DNA of 40,272 nucleotides, taken from assembly GCA_013042825.1 (NCBI GenBank), contig JABDPL010000252.1, positions 1 through 40,272 of the forward strand. Reading direction: 5' to 3'. Shown one piece after another: positions 35,241 through 40,272 of the stretch. The notes under the pieces were generated by a model. The model had not been told where the DNA came from and made no database searches. It saw nothing but the letters and a program-made list of their open reading frames with translations. The DNA comes from Flavobacteriaceae bacterium (GTDB lineage Bacteria > Bacteroidota > Bacteroidia > Flavobacteriales > Flavobacteriaceae). The translations under genes and the position numbers were made by a program. Positions within the stretch are counted from its first letter, which is position 1; each line of letters begins with the position of its first letter.

Positions 35241-36518
35241 ATGAGAGAAAATTTTCTACATGAGGTGTGGCGTTTGCAGAAATTCAAATCATCTCAACTT
35301 AAAACCACCTGCGGCAAGCACATACAGGTTTTACACACCGGTGAGTATAACTTGAATTCGGGACCTGATTTTCTAAATGCGCGTCTTCAGATCGACGAAC
35401 AGGATTGGGCCGGGAATGTTGAATTACACATTCGATCATCCCACTGGTATGACCACGGCCATCAAAATGATAAGGCCTACGACAATGTTATCCTGCACGT
35501 GGTCTGGGAGAATAATGCCATGGTATTCAGAACAAACGGATCTCCTATCATTTGTTTGCAGATCAAAGATCTGGTTGATAGCCGTTTCCGGGAAACTTTT
35601 ACCATGTTTTTTGAGAACAAATCTAAATGGATCAATTGCGAGAGTTTTATCGATGAGATCGACAACACTATTTGGAAGGACTGGTTGGAGCAACTTTATT
35701 TGGAGAGACTTCATTTGAAAATATCAGAAATAGAGAAACACCTTCAAATGACGAATGGCGACTGGGAGGCGACCTTATTCAGAATGTTAGCCAGGGCCTT
35801 TGGATCAGTACTCAACGGGGATTCATTCCTCGGAATGACGACCAGCTTTGATTTCAGCCTGTTGAGGAAACTGCAAACTGAGCTCAGATCGCTTGAGGCG
35901 CTTTTTTACGGTCAGCTGAATCTGTTAAACGAGCAATGCCAGGATCCATATTTCAGGGATTTACAGCACAGCTATCGATTTCTGAATACCAAGTACGAGC
36001 TTACAAATCATGGTATTGTTCCGCTTCGCTTTTATAAGGCCAGGCCTGCAGGATTCCCTACCATAAGACTATCGCAATTGGCACAACTCTACCATAGGCA
36101 TTCAAACTTATTTCAGATGCTGATGTCCTCATCAAAACGCTCGCTGTTCCAGGAGATATTTGCCGTTTCAGCTTCTTCCTATTGGAATGATCATTACAGA
36201 TTTGGAGTTCTTTCGAAGTTCCGGAAAAAACATACCTCGATTAGATTCATCGATAACCTCATTATTAATGTTGTTGTTCCTATTCAGTATAGGTATAATC
36301 AAAGCAGAAAACCGCATGCGCTCAATACTGCGCTAGATTTTATGCGATCGCTGCCATTCGAATTAAATAAATTCACCCGTCCCTTTAAACGATACCAGCT
36401 TCCCGCAAATAATGCTCTCGACTCCCAGGCAATTAAACAACTCAAGCATGGCTATTGCGATAAAAATAAATGTTTAAGCTGTTCTGTAGGCCGTGTTATT
36501 TTAAACCGAAATATGTAA
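35241..36518 (+). CDS. DUF2851 family protein (unknown function)
   Basis: 425 aa. The N-terminal EVWRLQKF...GPDF...VELHIRSSHWYDHGH pattern and the C-terminal CDKNKCLSCSVG cluster match my memory of DUF2851. Confidence 0.7.
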   Translation: MRENFLHEVWRLQKFKSSQLKTTCGKHIQVLHTGEYNLNSGPDFLNARLQIDEQDWAGNVELHIRSSHWYDHGHQNDKAYDNVILHVVWENNAMVFRTNGSPIICLQIKDLVDSRFRETFTMFFENKSKWINCESFIDEIDNTIWKDWLEQLYLERLHLKISEIEKHLQMTNGDWEATLFRMLARAFGSVLNGDSFLGMTTSFDFSLLRKLQTELRSLEALFYGQLNLLNEQCQDPYFRDLQHSYRFLNTKYELTNHGIVPLRFYKARPAGFPTIRLSQLAQLYHRHSNLFQMLMSSSKRSLFQEIFAVSASSYWNDHYRFGVLSKFRKKHTSIRFIDNLIINVVVPIQYRYNQSRKPHALNTALDFMRSLPFELNKFTRPFKRYQLPANNALDSQAIKQLKHGYCDKNKCLSCSVGRVILNRNM

Positions 36519-36527
36519 ATTGCACAC

Positions 36528-36755
36528 ATGAAGGTCTTTTACGCCATACTGTTGTTTTTTCAAAAACATGGCTTTTATGTTTGCCAGAGAATAGCGGACA
36601 GGCTCGGTATTCGTGCTCGTGTAGTGCGAACCTCGTTTATGTATCTCACCTTCGTTACCCTGGGTTTTGGTTTTGCCCTTTATTTATTTATTGCTTTCTG
36701 GATAAGAATTAAAGATTTAGTCTACACCAAACGTACATCCGTATTTGATCTGTAA
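36528..36755 (+). CDS. PspC-domain membrane protein
   Basis: 75 aa. QRIADRLGIRARVVRTSFMYLTFVTLG followed by a TM helix, as in PspC-domain proteins. Confidence 0.7.
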   Translation: MKVFYAILLFFQKHGFYVCQRIADRLGIRARVVRTSFMYLTFVTLGFGFALYLFIAFWIRIKDLVYTKRTSVFDL

Positions 36756-36758
36756 TCT

Positions 36759-37778
36759 ATGGCGAGCTACTTAAGTAAAGTTTTCTGGTCGAAGATCAAC
36801 ATTGCGATTCTCATGTTAATCTCCCTCCTGGGCGTTGGTGTCATTGGATTTAAGATCATGACCGATCTCTCCTGGACAGATGCCTTTTACATGACCGTCA
36901 TAACTGTTTCAACCGTTGGTTTCGGAGAGGTTGAACCCCTCGATCCAGGAGCAAAGATATTTACCACCCTTCTTATCTTGACCAACGTCGTTGTGGTAAG
37001 CTACGCTATCAAAATTATTACTGAATTTATCATAACGCGGCAGGATGCTGAAGAAATAAAACAGAAAAAGATGCAGAAGAAAATCGACAGCCTAAAAAAC
37101 CATGTTATTATTTGTGGGTATGGTAGAAACGGCAAACAAGCCGCCACGAAGCTCATGGTCTACAATAAACATTTTGTGGTGATTGAACAGGACAAGGAAG
37201 TTATCAATCGGTTTCAGAGCGAATCAACACCCTTCGTTCACGGCAATGCAAATGAAGATGAGGTTCTTTCACAAGCGGGAATCGAAAGGGCCAATTGTTT
37301 GATATCGGCATTACCGAACGATGCCGATAATCTGTTCGTTGTTCTTTCGGCCAGGCAGATCAATGAAAAGATCCATATTATAAGCCGGGCATCCCAAGAA
37401 ACCACCTACAGCAAACTCAAACTGGCCGGCGCCAATAATGTTATCCTCCCCGATAAGATAGGAGGGGACCATATGGCGTCATTAGTAGTTGTTCCCGACC
37501 TCATCGAGTTTATCGACAACCTGGCTATAGTAGGGAAAACAAATATCAATATTGAACAGGTTGAGGTGGATAAACTATATGACACCTCGGAAGTTAAAAC
37601 CATACGGGAACTAGATCTCAGGCGTAAAACCGGATGCAATGTTATTGGTTACAAGGATTCTCAGGGCGATTATATCGTGAACCCTGAGGCCAGCCAAAAG
37701 CTGCATGCGAAGTCGAAGATAATCGTTTTGGGCAGGCCGGAACAAATTCAAAAACTCAATAGTCTCTACAATATTTAG
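36759..37778 (+). CDS. Two-TM potassium channel with RCK (TrkA-N/TrkA-C) domains, MthK-like
   Basis: 339 aa. Pore and selectivity filter TVSTVGFGEV. Rossmann VIICGYGRNGKQ. C-terminal TrkA-C-like region. Confidence 0.88.
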   Translation: MASYLSKVFWSKINIAILMLISLLGVGVIGFKIMTDLSWTDAFYMTVITVSTVGFGEVEPLDPGAKIFTTLLILTNVVVVSYAIKIITEFIITRQDAEEIKQKKMQKKIDSLKNHVIICGYGRNGKQAATKLMVYNKHFVVIEQDKEVINRFQSESTPFVHGNANEDEVLSQAGIERANCLISALPNDADNLFVVLSARQINEKIHIISRASQETTYSKLKLAGANNVILPDKIGGDHMASLVVVPDLIEFIDNLAIVGKTNINIEQVEVDKLYDTSEVKTIRELDLRRKTGCNVIGYKDSQGDYIVNPEASQKLHAKSKIIVLGRPEQIQKLNSLYNI

Positions 37779-37886
37779 GGCATTTGCTTTTAACAGCATT
37801 TGTTTTAATAAATCGTTTTTTTTTAGCATCTTGCTTTTTTATTAATTCTGAACACTACATTTCTTACTGACTAATAACTATCTAAC

Positions 37887-39524
37887 ATGAGGAATTTTCT
37901 TCTACTGACTTTTACTATTTTATCACCTGTACTGATTTGGGCACAAGACGAAGCAAAAGGCCTCGATGAACGTGTAAACGATGCCTTTATGCCCGTGGCG
38001 AACGCCTGGGAGGGATTGGTCCTTTATCCCGTTACCATCGGGGAATATCAGATCCCTATTGTTGTGATCTTGCTTGTAGTGGGAGCGACCTTCTTCACCC
38101 TGACATTCAGATTTCCGAACATCATGAAATTCCCACTGGCCATTAATACTGTGCGTGGAAAATATGATGACATAGAACAACATGGTGTTGAAGAGAAAAT
38201 CGCTGTAAATGTAGTTGAGGGCGACCTTCCTGATACCATCAGGGATGAAAGTAAAGAAGGCGAGGTGTCCCATTTTCAAGCCCTTGCCACCGCAGTTTCA
38301 GGTACTGTTGGCTTAGGTAATATCGCAGGTGTGGCTATTGCTATCGCCCTGGGTGGACCGGGAGCGACATTCTGGATGATCGTTTGCGGACTCATAGGAA
38401 TGTCTACAAAATTTGTTGAGTGTACACTTGGGGTGACCTATCGTGATGTTGGTGAAGATGGAACTGTTTACGGTGGACCGATGTATTACCTGTCGAAAGG
38501 TCTTAAAGAACGCGGAATGGCGGGCTTTGGGAAAATACTCGCCGTGCTTTTCGCGATTCTTTGTATCGGTGCTTCATTTGGAGGCGGAAATGCCTTTCAA
38601 TCGAATCAGGCTACAGTGCAGTTATCTTCCCTTATGGGCCTTGAAGGTGGATCTACCGGTTTTGTGATCGGTATAATTCTGGCTATTTTGGTCGGTATAG
38701 TAATAATAGGGGGCATTAAGCGAATTGCGAGCATAACTGAGAAGATCGTTCCCTTTATGGCCGGTGTCTATGTGCTTGCCTCTCTTATTATAATTTTTGC
38801 GAATATAAGTTATATCGATGATGCCTTCGGATTGATTATTTCCGGCGCTTTTACACCAATGGCTGGATTAGGAGGTTTGGTTGGTGTGTTGATCGTTGGA
38901 TTTCAACGGGCCGCATTCTCAAATGAGGCTGGCGCAGGATCTGCAGCCATTGCACACTCTGCCGTTAAGACGAGATACCCCGCATCTGAAGGCGTTGTGG
39001 CCTTGCTTGAGCCCTTTATAGACACTGTTCTTATCTGTACAATGACCGCCCTGGTGATTATCTTCTTTAATATTGATGGTGATAACGTCCAAAGCGTATT
39101 CCAGTATGGAGCAGCAGGAGATTCGTCAAGTAGTGTTCTGTTAAATGCCGATGGCAGCACCGTAGGAGGAGTTGATCTTACATCTATGGCATTTGATTCG
39201 GTAATTCCCGGATTCTCCTATGTGCTTACAATAGCCATTGTATTATTTGCATTCTCCACTATGATATCATGGTCCTATTACGGACTGCAATCCTGGAAGT
39301 TCCTCTTCGGAAAAGGAAAGACAGCCGATATGATTTACAAGATTCTTTTCCTTGTTTTTGTGGTTATAGGTGCAGCGGCTACGCTAGATGCTGTTATCAA
39401 ATTTTCCGATGCCATGATCCTGGCTCTTGTGTTCCCGAATATGATCGGATTACTGTTCTTATTCCCGAGGGTGAGACAGGAAGTAACCCGCTATGTAGAC
39501 GCCATACGGGCGTCACGAAATTGA
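37887..39524 (+). CDS. Alanine/glycine:cation symporter (AGCS) family transporter
   Basis: 545 aa. AGCS signature SGTVGLGNIAGVAIAIALGGPGATFWM and FSNEAGAGSAAIAHSA. Confidence 0.92.
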   Translation: MRNFLLLTFTILSPVLIWAQDEAKGLDERVNDAFMPVANAWEGLVLYPVTIGEYQIPIVVILLVVGATFFTLTFRFPNIMKFPLAINTVRGKYDDIEQHGVEEKIAVNVVEGDLPDTIRDESKEGEVSHFQALATAVSGTVGLGNIAGVAIAIALGGPGATFWMIVCGLIGMSTKFVECTLGVTYRDVGEDGTVYGGPMYYLSKGLKERGMAGFGKILAVLFAILCIGASFGGGNAFQSNQATVQLSSLMGLEGGSTGFVIGIILAILVGIVIIGGIKRIASITEKIVPFMAGVYVLASLIIIFANISYIDDAFGLIISGAFTPMAGLGGLVGVLIVGFQRAAFSNEAGAGSAAIAHSAVKTRYPASEGVVALLEPFIDTVLICTMTALVIIFFNIDGDNVQSVFQYGAAGDSSSSVLLNADGSTVGGVDLTSMAFDSVIPGFSYVLTIAIVLFAFSTMISWSYYGLQSWKFLFGKGKTADMIYKILFLVFVVIGAAATLDAVIKFSDAMILALVFPNMIGLLFLFPRVRQEVTRYVDAIRASRN

Positions 39525-39531
39525 CGGATGT

Positions 39532-40272
39532 ATGAAATTAAAAAAATCCCATTTCAGGTTTTCACACCAACAACGAAATGGGATTTTTCTTTTATCATTC
39601 CTGATTATAGTTGTCCAGAGCCTATATTTTTATTTTGACGGGTTTGAGTACAATAGGTCAATTGACGTTTATACCGATATGGAGGTCCAGCAGCAAATCG
39701 ACTCCCTTAAAGCGATCGCAAAGCTTAAGGCAAGCCCGAAAATATATCCCTTTAATCCCAATTTCATCACAGATTTTAAAGGTTACACCCTGGGAATGAC
39801 TACGGAAGAGATCGATAGACTGCTTAACTACCGTTCCGGTGGCAAATGGATTAACTCGGCCGGGCAATTTCAGCAGGTAACCGGCGTAAGCGATTCCCTT
39901 CTCGAGCGAATAAAGCCCTATTTTAAGTTTCCTGATTTCATAAGAAATAATCGATTGAACAAGCCGCGGTTCCCGGCAAGCTCCAAACCCCGAACCTTTA
40001 AGCAAAAAGTCGATCTGAATAAAGCAACAGCTGAACAACTTCGCATGGTAAATGGAATCGGAAAGGTGCTTTCCGAACGCATTATAAAATACCGCAACTC
40101 ATTTCCCGGCGGCTTTATAGCCGATGTTCAATTAAAGGATATTTACGGACTAACACCGGAGGTGATTGGCCGGGTTCAGGAGGTGTTTACCGTAAAGACA
40201 CCCAGACCCGTTGAACGCCTAAATTTAAATACCGCTACGGTGGAACAATTGGTGACCGTTCAACATATAGAC
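39532..40272 (+). CDS. ComEA-like helix-hairpin-helix DNA-binding protein (partial, runs off the right edge)
   Basis: The frame is open from ATG 39532 to the window end and is not in the ORF track. It reads MKLKKSHFRFSHQQRNGIFLLSFLIIVVQ (TM anchor). Repeated HhH units follow: VDLNKATAEQLRMVNGIGKVLSERII and LNLNTATVEQLVTVQHI. Confidence 0.75.
   Translation, partial: MKLKKSHFRFSHQQRNGIFLLSFLIIVVQSLYFYFDGFEYNRSIDVYTDMEVQQQIDSLKAIAKLKASPKIYPFNPNFITDFKGYTLGMTTEEIDRLLNYRSGGKWINSAGQFQQVTGVSDSLLERIKPYFKFPDFIRNNRLNKPRFPASSKPRTFKQKVDLNKATAEQLRMVNGIGKVLSERIIKYRNSFPGGFIADVQLKDIYGLTPEVIGRVQEVFTVKTPRPVERLNLNTATVEQLVTVQHID
39542..39588 (+). other. 14-bp perfect inverted repeat with terminator-like architecture inside the first 20 codons of the ComEA-like gene
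   Basis: AAAAATCCCATTTC (39542..39555) and GAAATGGGATTTTT (39575..39588), with a 19-nt loop. The A5 and T5 tracts flank a 9-bp core stem. It begins 18 nt after the AGCS stop. Confidence 0.6.

Noticed and set aside
36470-36712. An 80-aa ORF overlapping the DUF2851 3' end and the PspC gene
   Set aside because: It is an alternative frame of two supported genes and shows no features.
37779-37886. A possible glycine riboswitch upstream of the AGCS symporter; also a SAM or other riboswitch upstream of the cysteine-synthase-family gene (30992..31119)
   Set aside because: Both spacers are short and AT-rich. They lack the conserved GGAGAG/CACCG-type cores and any extended helices that I could find.
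39611-40038. Track ORFs 39611..39799 (+) and 39658..40038 (-)
   Set aside because: A third frame, open from ATG 39532 to the window end, encodes clear helix-hairpin-helix repeats (ComEA-like). The two listed ORFs are shadows of it.
1-40272. A whole-window scan for CRISPR arrays, tRNA/rRNA genes, IS elements, integrases, prophage genes or known defence-system genes
   Set aside because: No spacer-repeat periodicity, no tRNA-like T-arm sequence in the spacers, and no transposase, recombinase or nuclease-ATPase defence signatures among the translated ORFs. All non-coding gaps are 282 nt or shorter.

Overview
This looks like a chromosomal segment from a Flavobacteriia-type Bacteroidota genome. 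The evidence is roughly 40% GC by eye, TAnnTTTG -7 boxes ahead of several genes, many lipoprotein or signal-peptide proteins, and families typical of the phylum. I support about 38 densely packed protein-coding genes, two of which run off the window edges and are absent from the ORF track. I found no rRNA, tRNA, CRISPR array, transposase, integrase or phage genes. All family calls are by-eye motif recognition, not database searches.

Gene content from left to right:
- A GH3 beta-glucosidase followed by two tandem DUF6090-like genes.
- DUF1801, GNAT and kdsA.
- An 11-kb glycan-assembly locus at about 5.5-16.6 kb. It holds a FemAB-like acyltransferase, a DegT-type aminotransferase, two convergent Wzx flippases, a PAPS-type sulfotransferase, three glycosyltransferases, an FdtA-type ketoisomerase and a secreted beta-helix protein.
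- ftsE.
- A translationally coupled pair: a 1007-aa TPR protein and an outer-membrane beta-barrel.
- An amidohydrolase, a methyltransferase and a YkgJ protein.
- A fatty-acid-hydroxylase plus GDPD pair.
- Two tandem paralogous small secreted proteins with long leaders.
- namZ-like and lolE-like genes, head to head.
- A cystathionine-beta-synthase-like enzyme.
- A FIST protein coupled to a soluble PAS hybrid histidine kinase.
- A tight DUF2851-PspC-RCK K+ channel operon.
- An alanine/glycine:cation symporter.
- A ComEA-like gene, partial at the right edge.

No single block is unambiguously a new system. The best candidates for follow-up are:
- the Wzx-only sulfated amino-sugar glycan locus, with its FemAB-like acyltransferase and anomalous start;
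- the paralogous secreted proteins that resemble T9SS C-terminal domains;
- the FIST plus hybrid-kinase pair;
- the DUF2851-PspC-channel operon.
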